Shown in pieces: positions 7,451-16,107 of a stretch of DNA of 31,016 nt. The stretch comes from Nanobdellota archaeon (lineage in GTDB: Archaea > Nanobdellota > Nanobdellia > Woesearchaeales > JAHWHD01). The position numbers and the translations under genes were made by a program. The DNA lies in assembly GCA_034722435.1 (NCBI GenBank), contig JAYENX010000045.1, forward strand, positions 1 through 31,016, written 5' to 3'. Under the pieces are notes generated by a model, which saw nothing but the letters and a program-made list of their open reading frames with translations, made no database searches and was not told the origin of the DNA. Numbering within the stretch: position 1 is the first letter of the stretch; each line of letters starts with the position of its first letter.

Positions 7451-8989
7451 TTATTCTTCGTAACCCCATTTAAAAGATACGCTTGTGATGTCATCACCCG
7501 ATGTATCGAGGTCAGTAATTTCAAGTTTTGCATAATCACCTTCAAGAGTCTTGACCCAATACTTTTTGCCATCTTCTATACCCTCTGCATAACCTTCATA
7601 ACCTGAAGAAGGTGCGTCAGTCATTTCATCAAAAGAATCTGATGTTTCTTCTTTTATTTCGGCACAAGTAGCTCCCTGGTCAATACATTCGCCCATGATG
7701 TCTCCGAAAGAATTAAAAAATATATCTCCATCGTTGAAGTCAGCAGTGTTATCACCAACGCTGAAATCGAAAAAGTCGTGATCTTCCCCAACACTCAAAG
7801 TATCTGAACCAGTAGTCCAACCATCTACAGAAGCACTAGCGGAATCGTCTCCATCTCCACAATCATTATCATTATCTTCTGTACAATCATCAGGACAATA
7901 TCCATCATCATCTTTACAACGTTTAATAGTAGAATGTTCGCATTTTGCAAAAGCTTTGCCAGGATATTCGCAAACGTCTTTAGTTGAATCTCGAGAATCG
8001 TCACAATCAGTATTTTCAAAACATTTAGGTAAATAACATTTTCTATTAAAACAAACTTCCGCGTCGACACAACCGCAATCTTCCATGCACGATTCGCAAT
8101 TTTCAGTTTCCTGACAGACCGAATCTCCACATACAACATCCAATGTTTTATTTTCCAGATTTTGAACAGGTTCGAGAGGTTTATCTTCTTGAGTTTGTTG
8201 TTCTTGCTTTTGTTCTTCTTGATTTTCTTGTTTTTGTTTATTATCTCCAGGTGTTGAAACAATTAATTCAGGTTCTTTACAATCTTGAACGCAGGATGCA
8301 AAAGTTTCATCAGCCTCGCAAATATAGTTACCGCAATTAGATTCAACTTTAACGACAGTTTCTTGAACAATTTTAGGACAGTCCCTTTCACAAGTTTCAG
8401 AGGTTTCACCAGAATCGCAAACTTTGTTTCCGCAAGTGCCTCCGCGAATTACTTTATTAACTAAACCTGAAAAGAAATTTTTAATTTTAGCAAAGAAACC
8501 TGGTTCTTCATCTTCAATATCACAATCTTCCAGGCAAGTTTCGTCTAAGTTAAAAGAGTACATATGCATCTTAAGATCGAAGTTTGCCTTAGACATCACT
8601 GCCCACACTTTCCAATTACCTTCGTCAAATAAAATAGCAGTCATCTTACTCTTATAAGAAGTAGATTCCCCACTTATATGAGAAATTGTTGCTTCGATAT
8701 CGTATTCTGCAGTTGCAATATCATCTTGTACATTTATAATTATGTCGGATAATGCATACGATAAAGTATCATAATTCTGCCAGATAATTTTAGTGTTAGC
8801 TTTTTTCTCTTCTAATTTTGTAGAAGAATAACCTTCTTCAGATATAACCGAATAATAAAGGTTAAAATCTTCCGATGCAGATGCAGAATAATATGTGCCA
8901 ATCACATCTAAAACGTCAGCTTTATCATCAGCAAGGGCTGAAGATACCAGCATTAAAAATATTAGTCCGAAAATTATTGTCTTTTTCAT
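7451..8989 (-). CDS. Secreted acidic Cys-rich protein with an N-terminal NTF2/SnoaL-like region, 512 aa
   Basis: Signal peptide MKKTIIFGLIFLMLVSSALA. Three CGxxxCxxxE(x4)CxxDC repeats, a Q/E-rich linker, further Cys/Asp-rich motifs and no C-terminal TM. ATGA overlap with the upstream gene. Confidence 0.85.
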   Translation of the reverse strand: MKKTIIFGLIFLMLVSSALADDKADVLDVIGTYYSASASEDFNLYYSVISEEGYSSTKLEEKKANTKIIWQNYDTLSYALSDIIINVQDDIATAEYDIEATISHISGESTSYKSKMTAILFDEGNWKVWAVMSKANFDLKMHMYSFNLDETCLEDCDIEDEEPGFFAKIKNFFSGLVNKVIRGGTCGNKVCDSGETSETCERDCPKIVQETVVKVESNCGNYICEADETFASCVQDCKEPELIVSTPGDNKQKQENQEEQKQEQQTQEDKPLEPVQNLENKTLDVVCGDSVCQETENCESCMEDCGCVDAEVCFNRKCYLPKCFENTDCDDSRDSTKDVCEYPGKAFAKCEHSTIKRCKDDDGYCPDDCTEDNDNDCGDGDDSASASVDGWTTGSDTLSVGEDHDFFDFSVGDNTADFNDGDIFFNSFGDIMGECIDQGATCAEIKEETSDSFDEMTDAPSSGYEGYAEGIEDGKKYWVKTLEGDYAKLEITDLDTSGDDITSVSFKWGYEE

Positions 8990-10989
8990 TTTCCAGTATA
9001 TTTAACCTCTAACCCCTTTGCAGGAACAGAGTGCGTGATCGAGTCAGTGGCACCTCCCGCCTTTACAGTTACACGAATATTATAAGATTTCATCCATTCT
9101 CTACCCTTTGCAGCGTCAACGATTTCGAGTTCATTACTTAAGTAATCCTTAAGTGCGTCAATACCTTTACTCTGTGCAATTCCTTTTATATCTTCATCAT
9201 CACCCATAACAAGACCCACAGCACCATCAACAACCTCTTTTGAACCAATAGCCATTAATGCGCCACGTCCAATATATTCCGCAGGATTATTTACATCGTG
9301 TTCAAATAACTTGAAATATTGACCTTCCATATCGTTTAAAGTTTTAATAGAACCGTCAAGATATTTTACAAGATCATCTTTTTTACTTATCTTATCATTT
9401 GCGTTCTCAACCATTTGTAATACATTTTGAACAGATTCTGGAAGATCCTCTACAAAACGTTCAGTTATTGAATCAGTTAATTTTTCATCGTAATGTTTAA
9501 GAGCTTTCTCTTTCAAATCCATTAAATGTTTTTTGAATGTTTTAAGTTGGTTTATCCTAAGATTTCTAGTCATATCAGGAGGAGCCCATCCAAAGTTGAC
9601 GATATTGTCAGTAGTTTTAATAGTCATCTTGTTTCCTTTAGTTATCTTGTCACCGTACTTCAAAGTACCTGCACCAGCAGTAATATAATAAGTCTTTTTA
9701 AGATTTGAGGGATCGTCGACTTCAATAGTTAACGCATTATAAGCTCCAGCAGATGCAGATTGTCGATTAGGTTTGTAAACTCTTTTAATTTTTATAGGTG
9801 GAACTTCTAAACCAAACGAAACCTTTTTTTGTTCAGATTCTTGAGCATTAACACCATAAACATAGATTTTAACCTCTCCCAATTTATCAGATGCAGGACC
9901 AAGGTTCGTTTTTGTTGCTATAATTTTAGTATTAATAATACCATTTTTATCAGTTACTTGTTTTTGTCCACGAACAAGTGCAAAATCAAGATCTCCAACA
10001 ATTTCTCCAATATAAGCATTGTTTTCATGTTCAATCATCACAGTTGGAAGAAGTTCATTTGCTGCAGGCACGACTTTACCTTTTTCAGTTTTCTTAGTCA
10101 TCTTAATAGTAACAGGAATATAATCTTCGCCATCAAGGTTAAGTTTATTCTTTTTAAGGTCGAATTCAAGTTTGTAATCGTAATCTCCAACAGGTTCGTC
10201 TAAAGTTTTACCTGTAACACCAGACCACCATTCTTCGTCCCAGGCCCATTCATAAGCACTCCTACAACCTTCAAGTAACCAGTTTCTAGTGCTGATATGG
10301 TATCGTAAATAGCATTGTTCTCTCATTTCGGCCTTCATACAAATACCGTAATCAGTCAAGAGAGTTTTATCATTTGTACCGCACCTTTCTATTAAATTTA
10401 TAGAACCTACACAATTTTCAAATGCTTGGGCCATTACATCAGGTTCAGAAAAATATTCTGTAGTAAGGCTTTGATCTCTTAAAGAATTAAAAACATTAGG
10501 AATATATTCACCACGATTTTCCCATAGTTCAATTCGATCTACAGTTCCAGCCATACCGTATGATGAACCAGTTTTTGTTCGTTCCTTCATTTCTGCAACT
10601 TTTTCGTTTAATTTATCACGTTTAATAGATTTAGTTTTACAATCATAATAGTATAAACCTATTTCAAAAGAAGCTCTAGGTTTGAGCTCGTTACAAAAAG
10701 CAATTCCACTTTCATATTGTTTTTGTGCGCTACCCGCATGAGCTTGGCAAGAATCAATATAATATTTTGCACCATTAGCAAAACTTTCGGCCGCACTTTG
10801 AGCACGTTCTTCTTTTACTTCATTAGAATAACCAGGATATCGTTCGTTCATATGCTCTAAATATGATACGTACGCTGCACCAGAGTTGAAAGTTGAAGGG
10901 CAGCAATCGGGCAAGGGTTCAGGGCTTGCCAGAACTAAAGGTAATGAAAATAAAGTTATTATAATTAAGATAGGAATTAGTTTTTTCAT
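8986..10989 (-). CDS. Secreted protein with a Cys-rich N-terminus and beta-rich (Ig-like) domains, 667 aa
   Basis: Signal peptide MKKLIPILIIITLFSLPLVLA. SD GAGGT lies upstream. Long ORF, no family recognised. Confidence 0.85.
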   Translation of the reverse strand: MKKLIPILIIITLFSLPLVLASPEPLPDCCPSTFNSGAAYVSYLEHMNERYPGYSNEVKEERAQSAAESFANGAKYYIDSCQAHAGSAQKQYESGIAFCNELKPRASFEIGLYYYDCKTKSIKRDKLNEKVAEMKERTKTGSSYGMAGTVDRIELWENRGEYIPNVFNSLRDQSLTTEYFSEPDVMAQAFENCVGSINLIERCGTNDKTLLTDYGICMKAEMREQCYLRYHISTRNWLLEGCRSAYEWAWDEEWWSGVTGKTLDEPVGDYDYKLEFDLKKNKLNLDGEDYIPVTIKMTKKTEKGKVVPAANELLPTVMIEHENNAYIGEIVGDLDFALVRGQKQVTDKNGIINTKIIATKTNLGPASDKLGEVKIYVYGVNAQESEQKKVSFGLEVPPIKIKRVYKPNRQSASAGAYNALTIEVDDPSNLKKTYYITAGAGTLKYGDKITKGNKMTIKTTDNIVNFGWAPPDMTRNLRINQLKTFKKHLMDLKEKALKHYDEKLTDSITERFVEDLPESVQNVLQMVENANDKISKKDDLVKYLDGSIKTLNDMEGQYFKLFEHDVNNPAEYIGRGALMAIGSKEVVDGAVGLVMGDDEDIKGIAQSKGIDALKDYLSNELEIVDAAKGREWMKSYNIRVTVKAGGATDSITHSVPAKGLEVKYTGK

Positions 10990-10990
10990 A

Positions 10991-11131
10991 TTATTTACCT
11001 CTTTTTATTTTTTTGAATTTTGATTTTATCCAGTTAATTAAATCTCCCCAGGAAAATACATTGTAAATACCTGTTGATTGGATGACAGGGGTTGTAGAAC
11101 TTAGTTTTATACTAGATTTCTCTTTTTTCAT
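10991..11131 (-). CDS. Small basic hypothetical protein, 46 aa (MKKEKSSIKLSSTTPVIQSTGIYNVFSWGDLINWIKSKFKKIKRGK)
   Basis: Manual translation. The stop ends 1 nt before the next ATG (10989). TATATAAA-like box about 25 nt upstream on the minus strand. Confidence 0.6.
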   Translation of the reverse strand: MKKEKSSIKLSSTTPVIQSTGIYNVFSWGDLINWIKSKFKKIKRGK

Positions 11132-11225
11132 GAATGAAGAATATAAATAATGGTTTATATATTTTACTAAATGTATCGAACTACATGAATTCTATAAAGA
11201 AAAATGTTAGGCATATTTGTGAATC

Positions 11226-11966
11226 TTAAGTTTTGTTAAAATATTTATGTTTTAGTTTTTTGTAACAGAATTCCATTATAGGTTTCAAATTGATAGTGTC
11301 CTCTTCGTTATATTGTATTAATAAATCAAGATACTCTTTATCACCTGAAGCGTGATAAGCTTTCCATAAATCAACAGGTGAGCCTCTTAAGTTACGGGGA
11401 CGATTTATGTTAAGTTTTGGTTCAATATCCTTTAACGAACCTTTCAAACCAACCTTACTACAAAGAAATCTTAAATCAATATGAGGTATTTTAGGAATTA
11501 TGTCTGAAAAATACTTTTTCATCACAGGGATGTCGAAGACAGAGCCGTTAAATGTAACAATAAGTTTGTATTTGTTAAGTTCTTGTTTTAGCCTCTTCAA
11601 GTCAAGATTAAAACCGTAAACCATTACTTTTGTATTAATGCCGTCAAACATACCGATTACATTGATATCTCCTTTCTTGTTAGCTATTTCAATATCTAAG
11701 AACAGGGTTTCGTCTTTGAAGAATTCGTATAGACGCCAAGTTTCGGTGCTGGGAAGAAGTTTCGTGAAGTAGTGCGAATTTAAGTTGTACAGAGCTTTCT
11801 GCGCTTCCATAATCTTTCTATTAAAAAAATGTTTTCGTTTATTTGAAATGCCTTTAATTTTTTCAGTCTTTATGAAACAGTGCCAATCTTTAATACCTTG
11901 TTTTAGGATATTCTGTTCAGTTTTCTTGTGTACTTTATCCAAAAATATGAATGAATTTCTTATCAT
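11226..11966 (-). CDS. YprB/RNase H-like DEDD 3'-5' exonuclease (copy 1), 246 aa
   Basis: ExoI FLDIEI, ExoII TFNGSVFDIP, HIDL, GSLKDIE, ExoIII YNEED. N-terminal degenerate HhH-like segment. Confidence 0.9.
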   Translation of the reverse strand: MIRNSFIFLDKVHKKTEQNILKQGIKDWHCFIKTEKIKGISNKRKHFFNRKIMEAQKALYNLNSHYFTKLLPSTETWRLYEFFKDETLFLDIEIANKKGDINVIGMFDGINTKVMVYGFNLDLKRLKQELNKYKLIVTFNGSVFDIPVMKKYFSDIIPKIPHIDLRFLCSKVGLKGSLKDIEPKLNINRPRNLRGSPVDLWKAYHASGDKEYLDLLIQYNEEDTINLKPIMEFCYKKLKHKYFNKT

Positions 11967-11988
11967 GAATAAAAGTTAGAAAAATAAA

Positions 11989-12026
11989 TATATAAACTTT
12001 TAGCGGAGTTGTCCAGTGTCCAGTGG
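11989..12026 (-). promoter_or_regulatory. Exonuclease promoter: TATA TTTATATA with BRE-like AAAAG and conserved upstream motif CCACTGGACACTGGACAACTCC (copy 2)
   Basis: The TATA ends 23 nt before the ATG at 11966, the same geometry as 3271-3308. Confidence 0.75.
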
Positions 12027-12097
12027 GTTAAAACTAGATTTAAATTAAATATAAGAAAATTAAATATAAGAAAAAAATACGAAAAAATAAAGAAAAC

Positions 12098-12334
12098 TTA
12101 CCTTTTACTCTTCTCTCTTCTTCTAATAATCTCTTTAGTAGGAGAGTTTTTGCTAAATCGTAAGTATTTGTTAATCTTTAATTCGTCATTCTGCTTCTGT
12201 TTCTGCTCGTCTTGACTTAGATCAGGCATAGAAATATCTGGAGCTGCAGGCTTTTCTTTCCTGAACTTGGCATATTTTTCCTTTTTAGCGCTTATTTTCT
12301 TTTTTTTGTTCTTATTCTTTTTCTTCTTAGCCAT
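12098..12334 (-). CDS. Small Lys-rich basic hypothetical protein, 78 aa
   Basis: Start re-called to ATG 12334 (MAKKKKNKNKKKK...), preceded by SD GGTGAT. Confidence 0.65.
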   Translation of the reverse strand: MAKKKKNKNKKKKISAKKEKYAKFRKEKPAAPDISMPDLSQDEQKQKQNDELKINKYLRFSKNSPTKEIIRRREKSKR

Positions 12335-12569
12335 TAATATCACCAGTTAATTTTATAGAGTTATTTAAGGTTATTTATAAATGTTTTTTATTTAGATGAA
12401 GGGGTTTTTAAAACTTTCTCATCAATATTCTCCAAATATGCTCATCAAGGAGGTAATTGTCTTCATATAACGCATTATTTGAGTTTAATCATCTTTTTAA
12501 ACCGTTGATTTCCTGGATTAGTAAAAGATATAAATGAATTCTTTCAAAAAAAAATAAAAGAGGAGTTAA

Positions 12570-13322
12570 ATGCTAAAAAGTACATTTGTACATATCCCTA
12601 GAGTAAGTAGGGATTTTGAAAAGAGGCTATGGACAAGCAATATCCTAGATTGGGATGGATTTCTGAATAGCAGTAACACCGAACTTAATAATAGTAAAAG
12701 ACAGATAATCACAGAACATGTGTTAAAGTCTATGCAAGCCCTGGAAAATCAAGATTTCGATTTCTTTCTTGAAAATATCCCGAGTAACCAACATTGGAGA
12801 TTGTATCCTGAACTAAAAGATAACTGCTGTTTTCTAGATATTGAAACAACAGGATTGAGTAAACGCAGAGATGATGTTACGGTTATTGGGTTATATAATG
12901 GCAACGAAAGTAAAATATATGTTAAAGGGCAGAATCTTGATGAGTTTCAAAATGAAATAAAAAAATATAAAATGATTATTACGTATAATGGGAAATGTTT
13001 TGATGTGCCATTTCTAAAAGCAAAATTTCCTGAAGTGGACTTTAATAAGTTTCATATCGACCTAAGGTTTGTGATGAGAGAGATAGGATATTCAGGAGGG
13101 TTAAAATATATTGAAAAAGCTGTAGGAATAAAACGAAATGATGAACTGCAAGACATAGATGGTTTCGAAGCTGTACGTTTATGGTATAAACACTTGAGAG
13201 GGGATGAAGAAGCTTTAAGATTACTCATAGAATATAACAAAGCAGATATTGAAAATCTTAAATTTTTAATGGATTTTACCTTTGATAAATTAAAAAAGAA
13301 ATATCTATTTAATGAGATCTAG
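12570..13322 (+). CDS. YprB/RNase H-like DEDD 3'-5' exonuclease (copy 2), 250 aa
   Basis: FLDIETTGL, TYNGKCFDVPFL, HIDL, GGLKYIE, YNKAD. SD GAGGAG lies upstream. Confidence 0.92.
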   Translation: MLKSTFVHIPRVSRDFEKRLWTSNILDWDGFLNSSNTELNNSKRQIITEHVLKSMQALENQDFDFFLENIPSNQHWRLYPELKDNCCFLDIETTGLSKRRDDVTVIGLYNGNESKIYVKGQNLDEFQNEIKKYKMIITYNGKCFDVPFLKAKFPEVDFNKFHIDLRFVMREIGYSGGLKYIEKAVGIKRNDELQDIDGFEAVRLWYKHLRGDEEALRLLIEYNKADIENLKFLMDFTFDKLKKKYLFNEI

Positions 13323-13982
13323 TTCTTTTTTTGTTAACTCGCGATACTCTCCAGGTTTAAGATTAGACAGTTCAAGTTTCCCAATCCTAACCCTTTCTAA
13401 AGAAATTACCTTGAAATCAAGTTTTTGAAATATCCTTCGGATTATTCTATTTTTTCCTTCATGAATAGTAATCTCTAAAAGAAGAGGGGTGTGTTTTTTT
13501 ATTTTGGCAGGAGCAGTTTCTCCATCATCAAGTTTAATGCCGGATTCAATTGTTTTTATCTGTCTGTTAATTATAGGTTTATGTAGTTCAACAAGATAGG
13601 TTTTTTCAACTTCGTACCTGGGATGCATTACTCGATTAGCAAAATCTCCATCGTTAGTTAATATGAGTAAACCAGACGTATTAAAATCAAGACGTCCAAT
13701 TGGAAAAATACGTTCCTCAATTTTTACATAATCAAGCACAGTCTTATAATATTCATCTTTGACAGCAGTTACGCAACCAATAGGTTTGTTGAAAATTATG
13801 TAAACCTTTTTCTCTTTTTTCACTAACTTATTATCTACATAAATCTTATCTTTTTCAGAAGCTTTATCACCTATAGTGATAACTTTATCATTAACTTTCA
13901 CTCTGCCTGCTTTAATTATTTCTTCAGCTTTACGTCTAGAACAATATCCGTAATTGCTTAATAACTTTTGAACTCTATGCAT
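13305..13982 (-). CDS. RsuA/RluB/E/F-family rRNA pseudouridine synthase with S4 domain, 225 aa
   Basis: S4 domain RVQKLLSNYGYCSRRKAE, FNKPIG, catalytic GRLDFNTSGLL, HPRYEVEKTY, EGKNRIIRR. Confidence 0.93.
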   Translation of the reverse strand: MHRVQKLLSNYGYCSRRKAEEIIKAGRVKVNDKVITIGDKASEKDKIYVDNKLVKKEKKVYIIFNKPIGCVTAVKDEYYKTVLDYVKIEERIFPIGRLDFNTSGLLILTNDGDFANRVMHPRYEVEKTYLVELHKPIINRQIKTIESGIKLDDGETAPAKIKKHTPLLLEITIHEGKNRIIRRIFQKLDFKVISLERVRIGKLELSNLKPGEYRELTKKELDLIK

Positions 13983-14206
13983 AAAACTTAATTATACTAA
14001 GAAGAATATAAAGTTAACTAAAATTAAAAAACGTTATGGGTCATATAAAACATCAAGGTATGAGCACCATTAGAAATCCAAACATTTAAATATTACTTTT
14101 GTTAATCTTTTCTGATAAAAAAAGAGATAAAAGATGACAGAGCAATTTTTTATCATTAACAAAACAGATTCTTATTTTAGCTCTACAAAAAAGGAGGTTG
14201 ATAACT

Positions 14207-14317
14207 ATGCCTAGAGATGTAAGATTAGAGTGTCCTTTATGTGGCGGAAATATCAGCGACGGCGACGAATATTGCGAGGGGTGCGGGGCAGACCTCAACG
14301 AAGAATACAACCTATAA
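14207..14317 (+). CDS. Small zinc-ribbon protein, 36 aa (MPRDVRLECPLCGGNISDGDEYCEGCGADLNEEYNL)
   Basis: SD AGGAGGT at 14192-14198, CxxC-x10-CxxCG motif and a downstream oligo-T tract. Confidence 0.85.
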   Translation: MPRDVRLECPLCGGNISDGDEYCEGCGADLNEEYNL

Positions 14318-14335
14318 TTTTTTTATTTTATTTTT
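14318..14335 (+). terminator. Archaeal oligo-T terminator
   Basis: TTTTTTTATTTTATTTTT directly after the zinc-ribbon stop codon. Confidence 0.5.
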
Positions 14336-14496
14336 ACAATATTAAATTAATAATTCTTATGTTTAGAGAAAGACCAAAATAGATTATAATTTGTTTGTCT
14401 TTCTATGTTTAGTTGTAAAAAGTTATTATAACGTGATATTGTCCGCAACTAATTTTACGAAGGTTTTATAAAAAACCTCAAGCATGTATCAAGTAT

Positions 14497-15447
14497 ATGG
14501 CAAAGATTAATGATGCGCTTAAATCGTTATTAGAAAAACAACAATATAGATTTGTTGGGAAGCATAGTGCTGTGAAAATATGTACCTGGACAAAGAAATC
14601 ACTCAGGGATGAAGATGTTTGTTATAAAGAGAAGTTTTATGGAATCAGAGCACATCTTTGCTGTCAAATGACTCCTACTGTCAATTTCTGTCCGAACTCG
14701 TGTATATTCTGTTGGAGACCTTTGGAATATAATATGGGAACTGAAATAAAAGATGAAGATGATCCCGAAAAAATAATTACAAATAGTATTTCCGGACAAA
14801 GAGGTCTTTTAAGTGGATTCGGCGGGAATAAAAAAGTAAATGAAGCAAAACTTAAAGAAGCCCAAGAGCCTATGCATTTTGCACTATCCCTATCCGGAGA
14901 ACCTACAATTTATACCAAAATAAGCGAACTTATCAAAGGAATTCATGCATTGGGAAAAACCACATTTGTCGTTACGAATGGTATGTACCCTGAAAGATTA
15001 GAAAATATGGAGCTTCCAACACAACTTTATCTTTCTGTTGATGCACCAAATAAAGAATTATTTATAAAAATTGATCGACCCGCACTTAAAGATGGATGGG
15101 AGAGATTAAACAAGAGTTTAGAATTTTTAAAGTCAGTAAAAGATAAAACCAGGACAATTATTAGAATTACATTAATCAAAGGTTTGAATGATACAGATTT
15201 GGAGGGATATGTAAACCTTTTAAAGAAATCAGACCCGGACTATATTGAACTTAAAGCGTATATGTGGGTGGGTTTTTCTCGAGATAGAATGGACATAGAA
15301 AATATGCCAGATCATGATGAAGTTATAGAATTTGCTGAAAAGATAATACAACACTATCCTGAACTAAAAATAATTGATAATAAAAAAGAAAGTAGAGTTG
15401 TTCTTCTAGGAAAAGAAGATAAAGAAGATAGAATTATGAAATTCTGA
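14497..15447 (+). CDS. tyw1: 4-demethylwyosine synthase Tyw1/Taw1 (radical SAM), 316 aa
   Basis: HSAVKICTWTKKSL, CYKEKFYGI, radical-SAM CPNSCIFCWR, ALSLSGEPT, FVVTNG, YLSVDAP, IELKAYMWVG. Confidence 0.95.
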   Translation: MAKINDALKSLLEKQQYRFVGKHSAVKICTWTKKSLRDEDVCYKEKFYGIRAHLCCQMTPTVNFCPNSCIFCWRPLEYNMGTEIKDEDDPEKIITNSISGQRGLLSGFGGNKKVNEAKLKEAQEPMHFALSLSGEPTIYTKISELIKGIHALGKTTFVVTNGMYPERLENMELPTQLYLSVDAPNKELFIKIDRPALKDGWERLNKSLEFLKSVKDKTRTIIRITLIKGLNDTDLEGYVNLLKKSDPDYIELKAYMWVGFSRDRMDIENMPDHDEVIEFAEKIIQHYPELKIIDNKKESRVVLLGKEDKEDRIMKF

Positions 15448-15456
15448 AATTAAGTT

Positions 15457-16065
15457 CTAAAATTCTATAATGGTTCCTTTAGGTCCGAGATTAATGAGAA
15501 CTGATTTTTTGATTCTTTGTATAGCACCATGAGCTTCGTGAATATGGCCGCAAAGTGCGTAAGTAGGTTGATACTGCCTTATAAAATCAGTTATAGATTT
15601 ATTGCCTACATGAGATTTCACCACTACATCTAACCTAGTACCGTGAGGAGGGGCATGAGTGATAAGAACTGTTTTTTCGTATTTTCTCATTAACTTTGAA
15701 GCTTTTCTTCCAAACTTTTCGAAAGATGAATCTCTTGTTGAAAATCCGCCGCCACCCCAACCTATAATAAGTATATCGTGGAAAGGTTTCAAAGATTTGT
15801 GGATGTTAATCAAATTCTCGAAATTAGATTCTGCTTCTTTGATTGAACTATTCATCTCATGGTTTCCATGAATTAAGAAAATAGGTTTTCCTATAGAGTT
15901 AAGTCTTTTGAAAGCAAGGTCGATGTCTGAACCAAAATCTGAAAGGTCGCCAGCACATAGGACTGCTTGAATATCTGGTTTTTTTGCTCTAGTAACTAAT
16001 TTATCGTAAATTTTAGAAACATATTTAGTGCTTCCATGTACATCTGAAAAACAGAGTAGCTTCAT
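15457..16065 (-). CDS. Calcineurin-like metallophosphoesterase, 202 aa
   Basis: SDVHG, AGD, GNHE, THAPP and GHIHE metal-binding motifs. Confidence 0.93.
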   Translation of the reverse strand: MKLLCFSDVHGSTKYVSKIYDKLVTRAKKPDIQAVLCAGDLSDFGSDIDLAFKRLNSIGKPIFLIHGNHEMNSSIKEAESNFENLINIHKSLKPFHDILIIGWGGGGFSTRDSSFEKFGRKASKLMRKYEKTVLITHAPPHGTRLDVVVKSHVGNKSITDFIRQYQPTYALCGHIHEAHGAIQRIKKSVLINLGPKGTIIEF

Positions 16066-16107
16066 TATATCATAAATATATTAAAAAGATTTTATAAACT
16101 TTACTAA

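Noticed and set aside
3271-12026. The two 38-bp direct repeats as attL/attR of an 8.7-kb integrated island
   Set aside because: No integrase, transposase or tRNA is nearby, the copies differ at 7 positions, and both sit at identical promoter spacing from start codons. A regulatory role fits better, although an island is not formally excluded.
12009-12215. 68-aa plus-strand ORF beginning in the conserved promoter motif
   Set aside because: It overlaps the motif and the Lys-rich minus-strand gene, and its hydrophobicity is simply the reverse complement of Lys codons.
14086-14310. 74-aa minus-strand ORF from the track
   Set aside because: It is antisense to the zinc-ribbon gene, which has the SD, CxxC motifs and terminator.
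14461-14478. Palindrome AGGTTTT-ATAA-AAAACCT (and similar at 21751-21770) as operators
   Set aside because: They coincide with TATA/BRE elements and are adequately explained as core promoter sequence in AT-rich DNA.
15457-16065. Metallophosphoesterase as the Lhr-associated MPE nuclease
   Set aside because: It is 12 kb from lhr and lacks the shared promoter motif, so there is no evidence of linkage.
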